In this document: positions 40,325-53,369 of the stretch, one piece after another
How the letters are laid out: the number at the start of each line of letters is the position of its first letter
How positions within the stretch are numbered: the stretch's first letter is position 1
Assembly: GCF_009914755.1 (NCBI RefSeq)
Contig: NC_060946.1
From: the human T2T-CHM13v2.0 reference genome, Homo sapiens
Reading direction: 5' to 3' (one strand)
DNA: 64,000 nucleotides
Notes under the pieces: model-generated
Database searches by the model: none
What the model was told of the DNA's origin: nothing
The model's input: the letters and a program-made list of their open reading frames with translations, nothing else
Made by a program: the position numbers and the translations under genes

Positions 40325-40971
40325 ATGGCACTCACAGCAGACATTGTTGGTCCCTGTTCAAATCCTCTTTGCCTGGTCGGTGCACCCAGCCCTGAGCTAC
40401 TATGAGTGTTGGTTGCTGACTCCTCTCCCTGCTTCCCAAGATTGGCTCTAGAACTACCTTGCTCAGAAATGCCTGAGAAGTTAGGCACACTCAGGGATTG
40501 TCTGTAGTCAGTGACTAATATAGGAGCTCCCCTGTCTTCCTGGAGGGCAATATTTTGGTGTCATTCATGGTCCACAGCTCCCAGGAATCAGGCAGAGGTG
40601 AGCACTGAATTGAAACCACTACTTTGCCTGGCTTCTTCCCCTTCTCTGTTCAGTTCCCCTCATCTTTACAAGTTTTTCTCCTGAGAGCTCTCCCAAAAGA
40701 AATCTCTTGCATAAGAGTCACCAGAGCCTCAGGGACAGGACTAGGGTGAGGCAGAAGAGGCACTCAGGGCACAAAATGTAAGGAGGCTTCTACTTTCAGG
40801 GGTTGGCTTTGCACCTGTATGTGCCGGAGAGTGAGGGTTTCTTTAAATTTTGTACCCTGTGCACCTCACTTGCCATCTAAACAAGATGCGCCATACACAC
40901 CCTCTTCTCCTGTCCTCACTCTGGCCCCAGTTCCAGACTTAGGTTCTCCTTAGGAAACACAACTCAAGACA
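40325..40971 (+). mobile_element. ERVL solo LTR (LTR16/33 family), split by MER96
   Basis: tttgcctggcttcttccccttctctgttcagttcccctca..cctgagagctctcccaaaagaaatctcttgcataagagtc; end ttaggttctccttaggaaacacaactcaagaca. Confidence 0.6.
40730..40932. mobile_element. MER96-like palindromic hAT MITE
   Basis: cagggacaggactagggtgaggcagaagaggcactcagggcacaaaatgtaaggagg ... tctttaaattttgtaccctgtgcacctcacttgcc..cctcactctggcccc; long inverted arms. Confidence 0.7.
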
Positions 40972-43344
40972 GTATCTTCTATTGTACCTAATCCATAGTT
41001 GGAGACATGAAATTGGACAGACTCAGAAATTTATCCAGGATCCCACAGCTTGGAAGTGGTGGACCTCAGATAATTTGAAGTCAAATCTGATTGTATTGTC
41101 TTCAGGGAAATATGTTTGCTTATATTGGGAGCTGAGACTCAAAGGTGAGTTAAATTGAGAAAAGACATCCCAGATCTTCAAAGAGACCTCCAGTTTTATC
41201 TGGTGCAGCCACTGCCTCTAGGCACCTACGACAGTTGCTATGGCCATTTTAAGGATGAGGAAACTGAGAACCAGGTGGTTAAAAGTCAAGACTGAAGCCA
41301 CACTAAAGGCTTAATTCACCCTTTCAGAGCTACCTGAGTGAGGAGGAACAGAATCAGGACTTGGATGCTCATGTCTCTGGCTTTGACACTTTGAGGTGGT
41401 CTTGAAGGTTGAGAGGGATCTGGGGGGCAGCCGGTGGTGGGTGGTAGAAGTAGACAGTGCTGCCCAAGATGGTTGGCATGATCCAAGAAAGGCAAACCTC
41501 TACCATGGATCTGACCTGAGTTTCAGAGGAATGGGGTTGCCCTCCATATCTTTAAGCCTGGGGTGTGTACCACTGTCTGTTGGCATGGGATTTATTCTCT
41601 GCCTGTAATCCATGCATGGCCTTGTAACTGCCTCTCTGCTAAGTACTGACACAATCAGGTCTCAAGGAAAAACGGTTTTCCTTTGCTCACCTCATATTTA
41701 TCTTATTATGATCTGTCCCTGCAAATAGAGCAGCTGATTATGCTATTATAATGATGGCTTAAGATGTCCTCTCCTTTTCTAGTTCAGTTTCTAAGCGGAA
41801 TTACCTGTTAAACCTGCCATCTTGGAGTTGCTAAAATGGAAATACAGGAAGAAAGGAATTAACCTGTGGAATGGAGGATCAGTAGGCTGGAGGGGGAACA
41901 CCTGGGTGTGTGATCTTTGGCCAGTCATGGCTCAGTCTGGACTATAGTTTCTTCCTCTGTAAATTGGTGGGAGGGAGGCTCTGTCCAACCCTATTTTCTC
42001 TCTCCATCCTTCTAGATGATCCCACCTCCCCAAACTCTATGGTCTTCTGGATGTGCAAGATACGTGCACTGGTGATGCACGCGAGCCTAGGAGGGGGTAG
42101 ATTCCAGAATATGAGTTTCTGGGGCCTCGGAAAGGAAACAGCTATTTATCATGCATCATTATACACCCTGCTGTCTGCAGATACTTCAGTGTTACTGCAG
42201 GGGATTCTCTGAATTTCTCCGCTTTTGGCTTCCCATTTTCCCCTTCCCCCAGCTCAATCCCCCATTGATCCAGTCCCCTGCACTCTGGAGGCTGTTTCAA
42301 TGGAAACTTATGATCTAGATCTAAATGACTTTTAAGTCACCATTGCCTGGTTCTGTGCCAAACCCATGCAAAAGAGGAACTGCAAAATTACCTAACTTTT
42401 CAGAGTCCTGGTTCCGAATCTCTTACTCCATGCCATTCCTTACTGTGTACTGGACTGTCTTCTGCTTCCCCCAAGTTTCTTGCTCCATCTTTCCTCCCCT
42501 TGATGGCTTGATGTTTCCTGCAACATGATTCTGGATAGATTCTCAAGAAAGAGAATGAGCTGCTGTATATGAAGTTCTATGTGTCCCAAATGCTTTCAGC
42601 TAGTCCAAAGACCAGGAACCATATCCCTAGGTTTTACCTCTTCCCTGTATCCCTGACATCTATAAAATAAAGGCTTAACTCTTCAGCAATACAACAGCTA
42701 GTCTCAATGAGTCCTTCCCCTCTCCATGCCATTGTCCAGGCTGTTCTCCCTAATTCTCTCTAATTAACAGTTAATTAGAGCTTATTTTGTGTTTTTATGA
42801 CAAGGGGATGCAATAAGCAATCTCGAGAGCTGTGGATTCCAGAAGAGGGAGGGCTGGATAAGACTGTCACTCCCCTCTTGTATTTTGCTATAATCCACAT
42901 GGAGAATCTAAGGCTTGCTGAGTAATGTTCAGGGAGCTAGTTCTCTTCTCTAAGCCTCTGCATTGCCCATCTGTTCAAATGGGTGGGCTGGGTAGACTCA
43001 GAGCCAATGGTTCTCTGAGATGAAGCCTTATGTGCTGTCTGCTGGTCTTTCCTGAGTCTCATGGGGCAGAAGGGTTTTGAGAGCATTCATCAGTTAATGC
43101 ATCACTTGTTCATTAAAGATTCTTTCTAGACATTCCACTTTTCCAGGCATTCAACCCCGATTCCCAACCGTGCCGACAAATTGCTGCTTGAAGTTCCTGG
43201 TCCCAGAGGCCTTCTTAAAATGTTCAGGAATGCAGGCATGGAAGGTAAGGAGGGGAGTGTGGGGGCGTGCTGGCTGGAGGCCAGCAGCCACAGCCGCGGG
43301 AGGAAGGGACAGAAGGGTGGGGTGCAGGCACCCCGAGATTGCTC

Positions 43345-43620
43345 AGACAGCAAGGCGGTCAGTGGCATCCTGACTTTGAAAGCAATCCAAAACAAGGCCT
43401 GCGTCTTAGTCTCCAGTGATGTCACAGCTAATCATTAGCCTGGTAATTACATTGAAAGCCTTCTGCGATCTTATCCTCAGCAGGGTCATTAATGCAAGGC
43501 AACCACACCAGTAAATGTCTCATTAGTCTTATTTGAGACTTATGTATTTTTCAGGACTACAGAATTTTAATAGTCTGCTTTCCTCTCAGCTCCCCCTCCT
43601 GCGACATTAATATCTATTCC
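43345..43620. promoter_or_regulatory. Candidate enhancer
   Basis: Repeat-free; ctttgaa (TCF), gctaatcattagc, gtaattac, tcattaatgc, tcattag, acattaat; several CpGs. Confidence 0.4.
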
Positions 43621-43974
43621 TCATGCCAGACTCTTCCAACACAGCCCCCTCCCTGTTTTCCCTGCCTAAATCCCCCAAGAGGAAGGCCCAGCATGGAAGG
43701 GAGGCTGGAGTGGGGGTTGGTAGGGGAGAGTCTTTGGCTTCCTCGCTAGCCCCAGCTCTGTTTCTGGCCCCAGTCTTTTTCCTGTAATGACAGCCTTGTC
43801 CTGTGTATTCTATGTCTTCCTCAGGAAGCCTCACTCTTTATTTTAACCCTCTTTAAACCGTTTTTTTCCCTTATTATTAAAGAAATGTATGCTCATTACA
43901 AAGACAGGAAGAAAAAATTACTGTTAATCTCAGACTTCAGGAAGAATGATTCCCCGACCGTCTCTTGCTCCCCA

Positions 43975-44410
43975 CTCCAGCTGTGCTGGCTTTTCTTCTG
44001 TCCCTGGAGTGGGCTGGTCCTCTCCCCTCTCAGAGCCTTTGAACATTGCTGTGCCTTCTGCCCAGAGCACTTTCCTTTCTACTCTGCCCCTAGCTGACTC
44101 CTGCTCATTCTTCAGGTTGCAACTCAAACATCACTTCCTCCTAGGAGCCCTTCCTGCCTGCCGTTCTCATTCAAGTTTAGAATTGTGCCTCTGTCATTTG
44201 ATGCCATAGTCTCTGCCACACATCCCACAGGTCACAATCACCATTAGCCATCTATATGTGACACTGATTGGTTGCAGTCTGCCTCAGTAGGCAGCATACT
44301 TCAGGTGGGCAGAGACTACCCCTGTGTGGCTCATCAGCTATAGAGTCCCGTTTGTCACTTTATGGGCAGCAGATACAAGGAAGTACTCAATAAATACTTG
44401 TTGAATGAAT
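43975..44410 (+). mobile_element. L2 3' end
   Basis: gcctttgaacattgctgtgccttctgcccagagcac..ctcaaacatcacttcctcctaggagcc..gtactcaataaatacttgttgaatgaat. Confidence 0.85.
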
Positions 44411-44800
44411 GGATGAATGGGTGGATGGATTGAAGAGTGAGTGGATGAAGGGCTGCATGAGTAGATGGCTAGACTGACTGATGAATGGATGAATGAATGA
44501 ATGAATGAATAGATGGATGGATGAATAGATGAGTAGATGGATGGGTGAATAGGTGGTTGGATGGATGAATAAATGGGTGGATGGATGGATAGATAAATGG
44601 GTAGTTGGGTGGATAGACCGATGAATGGGTGGATGTTTGGATGAATGAATGGGTGAGTGGATGAATGGATACATGAGCATATGGGTGAATGGGTGGATGA
44701 ATGGCTGGCTGGCTGGCTGGATGGATAGCTGGGTGGATGAATGGGTGAGTGGATGGGTGGATGGGTGAATGGTTAGATAAATGAACGAATGGAAGGATAG
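44402..44800. repeat. (GGAT/GAAT/GGGT)n degenerate microsatellite
   Basis: About 400 bp of tgaatggatgaatgggtggatggat. Confidence 0.95.
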
Positions 44801-44859
44801 CTGAACTTATTCTGCATATCCTTCTTCAGTTTTTCCTTGACAGTTTTAGATATCAATAA

Positions 44860-45012
44860 AATAATACAATGTGTAATTTTGTATCTGACTTTTTCATTCT
44901 ACGTTTTTCTATATATTAACAACTATAAGTACTTTTGATGGCTGTGTAGTATTCCATTGGGTGGACACTCCCTAATTCACTCAATCAGTTTCCTACTGGT
45001 GTGCATTTGAGA
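44860..45012 (-). mobile_element. Old L1M fragment
   Basis: ttttgatggctgtgtagtattccattgggtggac..aatcagtttcctactggtgtgcatttg. Confidence 0.6.
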
Positions 45013-45024
45013 AGATGATATTTC

Positions 45025-45255
45025 ATGAAAGTTAAGGCATTGGGCTCCAGCCCTAAGCACCAGGGTTCAGAAATTGCCATACCAGCATCTCAGCAGCATG
45101 ACCACGTGATTACAGACAGGCTGTGTAATCTCTCTGTGTCTCAGTTTCCTCATCTGTAAAACAATGGTGATAACTTCTGGAGTTCTTATAATGATGAAAT
45201 CAATTCAAGTAAAATATGGTGAACAGTTCTCGGTACCTAGTGAACACTAATGACT
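45025..45255 (+). mobile_element. MIR SINE
   Basis: gttaaggcattgggctccag..aatctctctgtgtctcagtttcctcatctgtaaaac..ggtacctagtgaacact. Confidence 0.75.
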
Positions 45256-47825
45256 GTTTTCAGTTGTCACTCATACATGATTCAGTGAGGACTGTCCAGG
45301 TGGATGGAGCCTTAACTGTATCTCTGACTGTTCTGTCAGGATAGTCAGAGTGTTGCTAGAATTCTAAACCTTAGAATACTCAGGACAGGAGCCGAAACAT
45401 CTCCTTTTCCACTAATGGACTCACAATTTAAAGTGACCATTCTGCAAAGCATGTCTGTCAGCAACCTGTACTATCATTTCTCTTTCACATTTCTGGCCTT
45501 GTCCTCAGATCTTTCCTCCTAACAGTGTGGCAGGAAGAGCCAGGGCTTTGGAGTAAGGGAGGCCTGGAGAATTTTAGAAAGTAACTTTCAGTTTTTGAGC
45601 CTTAGTGTTATCCATAAACAGTAGCAAACATGCCCAGATTGCAGGGGTGCTGAGAGAATCAATGGACAAATATATGTCTGGTGTTTGACCTGTGCCAGTG
45701 CTCTGACCTCTTATTCCTCAGTGGTCACCATCCTCAGACATGTGCTGAGTGGCCCCTGTGTACCTGGCCACATGTCAGGGGCTTGCCAGGCTGTATCACA
45801 GTAAACAAGCAAAGAAAGGAAGGAAGAAAGGCAGGCAGAGAAATGGGTAGATTTTGATTATGGAAACTCAGAGATGCAAAACAGACCTTTTCCTCCTCTT
45901 TGCAAGCTTTGGTTCTGAAACGTTCCAATAACATCACCCTTGCAGTCCTCATTTATTTAGCATCAAGAATTTCATGGTAGGTGAGGATGATTCCATGAGA
46001 TAACTGTTAATACACAGTGAGTAAGCTATTTTGTTTTCCTTTACTGTAAAAAGGGACAGGCCCCGAAGAACCCGAAAGTCACAGAATCAGAGTGTTATGA
46101 CTGGAGAGGAGCTTGGAGATCGGGTCTTCTTACTCCTAGAGCTGGACAGACCCTCTGTCCTGAGTCACACTGCCTCTGGTTTCCATCATTGATGCTTACT
46201 GAACTCAGAAATGAGGTAACTATCACGTGTCCCCCACCTCACCTTACTCCCAAATCTTTTTTCTCATTGCTATGGAGCCTGAAGGCCCTCTTACCAGACT
46301 ATCACGCTAGGTCACGAAGATGTGTCATGGAGTTTGGGGACCTTTTCATTGGTGTATGTGCATCACAGGGTATGATTCATGTGGATCTTTTTTGCTATTG
46401 GGTACACAGAGACTGGCATAGTGCCTGGCCTGGACACATGTAGGGGCCTCATAATTATCTGTTGAATGAATGAGGGAATACATTTTTACCTGGAGAAGGA
46501 GCTGCAAGCCTAGAGAGGCCAGCTGCCAAGCCTCCTTCCCTGGCTCCTTCCCTGAAGCCTGTGATATTTAATTAATATGAGCCAAGCAGAGCCCACTTTA
46601 TGGTGCTGGCCCAGGGGCCACCCATAATTGAGAAATGATAGGAGGCACCTGTGACTTGACCTTGGCTAATGATGAATGGACCCATATAGAGACCAGGAGC
46701 CAAGGATTCATGGGCTGGAGCATCCATCCAGAGAGCACATGTGGAAGAAAGGGAAAAGAGATGTTTGTAGCCCTGGTCTGTGATCTCAGAAAGTGGAACA
46801 GCTCCTGTGAAATTCTGATGATAGCATTTCCCAGGGGGAACATGCAGAGGTGTTGAGGGCTTGCCAGAAGCCAGGCTGTGGCTGAGCACTTTACAAGGAG
46901 CCTTAGAATGACAGTAGGTGCTGGTGTTCTTTATGGGGACTTAGTACATATCTGTTTGTTGAGTAAATAAATGAAAGAATCGAGGGATGCTTTGTAGGGA
47001 AGCAGAATAGAAATAGCATCTCACCAGGTGAAGGGGAATGAGCCTTAGACTAGTGCAGCCCTCTCTGCTCCTGCCTTTTGGCTCTGGTGATGTTTTGGGG
47101 GTGAAGAGGAGCTCTATGTTGCAGACTCCAGTCTGGGGTCAGCTCGTCTGCTTCCCTGGCTCCAGCATCTGAATCCTCAAAGATACAGCCCCCTTATTTC
47201 CCTCCCAAGGGAAGAGGGCTCTATTTGAGGGAGATGCTGCCATCATTTCCATCTCCAGAGAAGCAGAATCTTCGGGGCCTTAGGTATCCCCCACCTGTGC
47301 TGAGCAATGTTCTGGCACAGAAAGGAACACCAGAGGCCCTTTCACACCCTCCAGAGGAGACATTGCACTTGCCAAAGGTATAAAAGATGGAAATAGAATT
47401 CAGGTAACAAGGCTCTGGTGGGTGGTGGTGGGGCCTTCAGCAGGGAAGACATTTGGCTCCAGCCACAAGGTCACAGAAGCGTGGACCTCCTATGACCAAG
47501 AGGTGAATGCAAAATGACAAGATTGCAGAAAACAGTGCTTTAGAGTTGATAGGGCATTTTTCAAATCCAGCATGGAGAGAAGAAAAATACAATTTTAATG
47601 TTTCTATGAATGGAGGCACCAACTGCTGCTTGGAGAGCAGAAGCTGCCAGCCGAGGGCTCAGGGCTGAGCAGTATCAGCACTGAGCACCGAGATTCAAAC
47701 CACGGTTCCAGGCCAATGCTCTGCTCTCTTCCCCCAACCGCTCTCCACCCCTTCTGAGCCCTCAGGAGAGAAAGAGAGAAAGAGAGAGAGAGAGAAGAGA
47801 GAGTACACATCTCACCCTCTCTCTC

Positions 47826-48655
47826 TTTTTAATTTTGGTAAAATACACATCACATAAAATCTACAATTTTAGCCATTTTTAAGTGTACATTTCAGTGACA
47901 TTAAGTACATTGTTATGCAGCCATCACCACCATCCATCTCGAGTACTCTCTACATCTTGCAAAACTGAAACTCTGTACCTATAAAAAGATAACCCCATTC
48001 GCTCCTCCCTACCTTCCAGTTTCTGACAACCACCATTCTACTCTGTGAATTTGACTCCCCTAGGTACCTCATATAAGTGGAATCATATGGTATTTATCTT
48101 TTTGTGACTGGCTTATTTCACTTAATGTCTTCAAGGTTCATCTATGTTGTGACTGTATATCAGAATTTTCTTCCTTTTATTGCTAAACAATATTCCACAT
48201 ATATGAGTTGCATGGATATATCACATTTTGCTCATTCATTCATCTGTTGATGGACAGGGTTTATTTCCATGTTTTGGCTATTGTGAATATATTGCTATGA
48301 ACATCGGAGTTCAAATATCTCTTTGAGATACTGCTTTCCATTCTGTAGGGTATATAACCAGATGCAGAATTTCTGGATGACAAGATAATTTTTGTTTAAC
48401 TTTTTGAAAATCTGCCAGACTGCTTTCTACAGCAGCTGCACCCTTTTACATTCCCACCAACAGTGCAGATTTCCGGTTTCTCCGCATCCTCGCCAACACT
48501 TGTTATTTCCTTTCTTTCTTTTTTTTTTTTAATAGTGGCCATTCTAATGGGTATGTGGTGGTATCTCATTGTGGTATTGATTTGCATTTACCTAATGTAT
48601 AGAGGATGTTGAGCATTGTTTTCATGTGCTTGTTGGCCATTTGTAAATCGCCTTT
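47826..48655 (-). mobile_element. L1MB-type (L1MB3-like) 3' end, preceded by a (GA)n tract at 47765-47803
   Basis: ttttggtaaaatacacatcacataaaat..ttttaagtgtacatttcagtgacattaagtac..ctaggtacctcatataagtggaatcata..cattcccaccaacagtgc..tttcatgtgcttgttggccatttgta. Confidence 0.92.
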
Positions 48656-49810
48656 CCATGTGATGCAGAGAAAAGAGCCCATCTTTTAAGAGTCCAAAAG
48701 GTCCCCTGCTAGCCTAGTCACGGCTCAACCTTTAACTTCTTCACTGTGTGACTTTGCAAAAATGGCTTCACCTCTCTGGGCTCCAGTTTCTTCATTGATG
48801 AAATAAAGAAAATTATGCATGCCCATGGGGGCCAACATGAGGACTTGAGGAGGGTTTAAGATTCTAGTTTCTAGCTCATATGAAACCCTTAATGAATGCT
48901 AATTCATTTACCTCCATAGTTCATCTTCTTTTGAAGTTGGGATGCTGGTGATTGACTAGGGGTGCAGTATCTCTGTGAACTGGCCTCAGTGACCAGCCAG
49001 AGGCACAAACAGGCATTCAGGGAAAGGGTGATTCTGACCTATGTCTTTGCTTTTTTAAAGAATGGGCTTGAGGCTTGCACCATATCCAGTTTGGCCACTC
49101 CAGTGCTGTGCCGGTGGCTCACCACCCAGAATTTGCGGTTCTTTGAGGGCTGGAGTCATGCCCTGTTCCTTTCTCTGTTACTCCATAATGGCTAGCATTG
49201 TAGATAAAGCAAAGACTGTCTAATTGTTCAGCACACTAATTTTCCATTGCATCTAGACCTATAGGAAGGCCGCATTTCCAGCCTCTCTTGCTGTGGGTTG
49301 GGGCCATCTTACTGCGTTCTGGCCATGGTCATTATGAGAAGGGTCAGTGGTGAGGGGGCTGCCATACCCACTCGGTCATAAGGACTTACAGCTGAGGCCC
49401 ATCCTGTTCCACTCCCTGCCTGGATTGTGCCTCTGACTCCCTGAGCAGTTCTACCTCCCACCAGAAGCAGCCTCTGATTACAGTCACACTGTCTCCAAAC
49501 CACCCTGACCAGGCAAAGGACTGTAGCCCAGTGGTTTCGAAACCCAGGTCTACTACTGCCTCACTGTGTGAACTTGAACATGAGCACTCACTGAGCCTGC
49601 TGCTTCCCTTGTAAAATGCGTGTGATTAAAATTCCCACTTTGTTGGGTTGCTGTGAAGTTGAAACAAGATTATGCCTAACATGCTGACAATGATGACATT
49701 TCCCGGGGAACCCAGTTAGTCTCTAGAAGGTCAGCATCTGTAAAATAATCTTGGTGAATCACTGTGGAATATCAAGTGCTCCCTGTCACACCAGGGGCAG
49801 CCTTGGGAGA

Positions 49811-50046
49811 ATGGGGATCAGCAAACTACAGCCCATGAGCCAAATCTGGCCCACTGCCTGTTTTTGTCCATAGAGTTTTATTGGAACACAGTCACACTCA
49901 CTTGTTAGTATATGACTGTTCATTAATGTAGGGCTGCTTTTGCAATATGATGGCAAAGGTGAGTAGTTGCAACAGAGACCTTGTGGCCCTTGAAGCCTAA
50001 AATATTTCTCATCTGGCTCTCTACAGTGAGATTTTGCTGATCCTTG
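49811..50046 (+). mobile_element. MER58A (hAT-Charlie)
   Basis: ggggatcagcaaactacagcccatgagccaaatctggccc..ttttattggaacacag..gagtagttgcaacagagacc..aagcctaaaatattt..tttgctgatccttg. Confidence 0.9.
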
Positions 50047-50510
50047 GTGTAGAACAATATGAGCACTGGCACTTATAAGACCAGAGTTCGAAACTCGCCT
50101 TTGCCTTCCTTGGCTGTGTGGTGTTGACACATATTACGTAAAACCACCGTTCCTCATTTGCCAAATTGAAGTGATAAATTTACACCATAGAATTGTGGGG
50201 GTGATGAGATAAGATGTTTGTGCAAAATGCTTCTCACTGTGTCTGCATGCAAGAAGAACTCAAGGAACCTTCAGGCTTTAGCTACTGTGTGTCACAGTCC
50301 CTGGTATCCAGTGAGTGCTGAATATGTTCCTGTTGCCTCATGCAGGAATCTTCCCCATCATCTCTGCCTAGGCAGAGGTTGGGGACCTGATCTCTGCTAC
50401 AGAGTAGTTAGTTTCTGGCCCCATGGTGGGCACTCAGCAACGGCAACTAAAATGAGTCCACTTAGCCCTTCAAGGCTCAAAGCAAATCCACCAATTCAAA
50501 AGCTGCTGTT

Positions 50511-50812
50511 GGCCTGGGCATGGTGGCTCATGCTTATAATCCCAGCATTCTGGAAGGTGGAGGCAGGTGAATAGCTTGAGCCCAGGAGTTTGACACCAGC
50601 CTGGGCAACATGGCAAGACCCTGCTTCTACAAAAAATGCAAAAATCAGCTGAGCATGATGGTGCACACCTATAATCCCAGCTACTCGGGAGGCTGAGGTG
50701 AGAGGATCACTTAAGTCCAGAAGGCAGAGTTGCAGTGAGCCAAAACTGCACCACTGCACCCAGTCTTGGCGACAGAGAGAGACTCTGTCTCAAAAAAAAA
50801 AAAAAAAAAAAA
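50511..50812 (+). mobile_element. AluJ
   Basis: gcttgagcccaggagtttgacaccagcctgggcaacatggcaagaccc; gaggctgaggtgagaggatcactt; TSD aaaagctgctgtt/aaaagctgccctt. Confidence 0.95.
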
Positions 50813-50959
50813 GCTGCCCTTAAAACCAGAGTGGCGGCACTTTTCTGTCCTGATGCCCTGTACTCTCTGCTCAACTGCCATCACACTTCCTGTAAGTGAT
50901 GGAAAGAAGTCAGTCAGAGGAAAAAGACAGATTGAGTGCCTCCGTGGCCCTGGCATTTC

Positions 50960-51505
50960 CCTGCAGATCTCTGGATTTCCATATATTTGAAAACCTAATA
51001 TAAACAACAGAGAAGAAATTTGCATTTCGGGCAGCAAGGAATGAAAAATTGAGGCGGTGTAACGTATTGCTGAGCCAGAAAGAGGGATGACCGTGGTGAG
51101 TCCAACCTCTTACGACAGACCCAATAGGCCAGTGGTAAACTCATTTCCTGGCAGAATATAGGGTTCATCTGTTGGAACATTTAACAGGCATCAAAGAAAG
51201 ATCGCTTCCACCTCTCTCGCCCGAGATGCCGCGCTCCTGCCTCTCTTCTTGCCATTTTATTAAACCCCTTTATGTGGTTTTAATACAATATGTATGATCC
51301 ACATGGAGACAAATAAATTCTTATGTACTTTTCAGGATTCGGAGTGTTCTAATGGTTATGTATGCTTTATTTATATTTTCTGAGAGACATTAAAAGGACG
51401 ATGTGTAAAAATACGCAACCCAAACCAATGGTGATTTATGGTTACTCATGGAATGATGGCAAAATGGAAAGTTATGAAGTTAATTTCCGGATGTGTGGCG
51501 GTGGG
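50960..51505. promoter_or_regulatory. Strongest candidate developmental enhancer / conserved non-coding element
   Basis: Repeat-free, CpG-retaining; octamer ATTTGCAT 51018-51025, TCF/LEF ATCAAAG 51190-51196, PBX-HOX TGATTTATGG 51432-51441, gccatttt, ttttatta, ccggatgt. Confidence 0.55.
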
Positions 51506-52639
51506 GAAGGGGACACTATAGCCTGCAGTAGTGGCAAAGGTCTTAGTTCTGGCAAAGGCTGGATTTGGTGGGAAATTTGTCATTGGGATGATCATAGCTC
51601 TAAGGCCTTTTTTGGAAGCAGTGTAAAGCCAGTGGGAATATTAAGGGTGTTTCTTTTGATGCTGGAGATGGGGAAGGGCTGCCCAGACAGGTTAAGTCAG
51701 TTTTCTAAAGTCACACAGCAAGGGATGGCAGAGCTAGGATTAGAAGTCCTTATGTGGTTCCTCCTTTGGGTGTCACAAAGCTGCTTAAGCATCTGCCACA
51801 GGTTTCATAATGCCTCTGGTGGCCTCTAAGTGGTAGGAAGACAGCCACAACTCCAAAATGGGCAGACAAGGGCAATCTGAAGAAGTCCCTCTTTGACCTT
51901 CTTCTAGCATGCCACACCAGGGCAGAGTAGAACCAGCACGTGCGGAAACACTGGAGCTAAGATCTATGCGAGTGGCTCTGGGAATCCACTCATGGGGGCA
52001 TTGGGGATCTGGAAGCTGGCAGTGCCACCCACTTCATGGACCAGACAGGCATGAATTTACCTATGGCACTTGGCTGGAGATGTTGGTTTACTGGGAGCCT
52101 GGAGGGTGAAGGGATTCGGGGAACTCATACTGAAACAAGTTCTCCCCTTTCCTGCTGGACTTCCCCCACACTCTGCCCTTCAAATCTGATGTCCACTCAG
52201 CTCTTGATGTTGGAGTCAGTGATTCTGCAGAACAAGTGTTTAGAGCCTAGGCTGCCTGGGTTCAAACTTCAGCCTCACTGCTTAGGAGGGCTAGCTGCTT
52301 AACTTCTCCGGGGGCCTCATTTCCTCACCTGTGTAGAGGGATGATGACTCTTACTCTGGAGAAGTGTTGGGAGCTGGCGATAGTCCAATGCACAGAAGGA
52401 GCTTAGCAACGCATTCCCAGTCCAAATAAATGCTGGCTTTCATCACTGCTGTTATGTTCCACCTGTTTCTGGACCTCAGTTTTCCCATCTGCACAATAAA
52501 AGAACTTAAAGAGTTGATCTGAAACTCCCTAGGCTGTGTCCTGGACTTTAACAGGGCAATCCCAAAATCTGGCAGCTCCAACATTCACTAATGCTTGTGG
52601 GATGATATTTACAAGGGGTCCTTCTACTTTTTGGCTTGA

Positions 52640-52840
52640 TGTATCAAAAGCTCTAAAAACATTCATTTCCTTTGATTCAGCAGCTTTTACTTCTGGAAGC
52701 TTTTACCTTAGAGGATTAATCATGGGCATATGCAAAGCATTAACTACAAGCATTTCTGTTGTGTTGTTTAACATAGAGAAAATTGGAAGTGACCCAAATG
52801 GGAACAATGGGGAACAGGTTAAATCCACTGTGATGTAGCA
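52640..52840 (+). mobile_element. Very old L1M fragment
   Basis: ttcatttcctttgattcagcagcttttacttctggaagc..aaaattggaagtgacccaaatg..caatggggaacaggttaaat. Confidence 0.6.
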
Positions 52841-53369
52841 GTAGAAGATCCAGGGGGCTAATTGGGCACTTACTGTATGCCCAGCCTAGGATGAGCACTT
52901 GACACTTTTGCATTGTGCTTAATCCCAAAATCACATTGATAGGTTGTGATTAGTTTGGCCACAAGGGAGCCAAGCTCAGAGAAGTAAAGCACCCACTCTG
53001 GCAAGTGGCAGAGCTTGGAGCCAACTTGAATTTCTGACTCCAAACCTGGCCTCTCTCACCACACCACGTTCCTCAGGTTGATGTCAGGAAAGTGGCTCCG
53101 AGGAAAAAGGGCTCCTTAATGACTGGCGCGCATGGAGTCACCTGTGAGTTACAGGCTTTGAGACCATGAGAACACAGCAGTGTACTTAAACTTCTATGAA
53201 GCCACCATGTGTGACTTGATGTCAATTTTATCATTGTGTGTTTATGAATTTGCCCTGGACCACCTTGCTATGGTTTTTATCTGTGGGAAATATTTACTTT
53301 TTGTTTACTCCAATGTCAGTTTTTAGGTTCTAAGATTATGATGACTCAGCATCACGTTTATGTTCCTAC

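Noticed and set aside
51362-51829. Longest non-Alu ORF (155 aa)
   Set aside because: No recognisable domain; starts in AT-rich regulatory-like sequence and runs into a MIR; length is within chance range for 64 kb in six frames.
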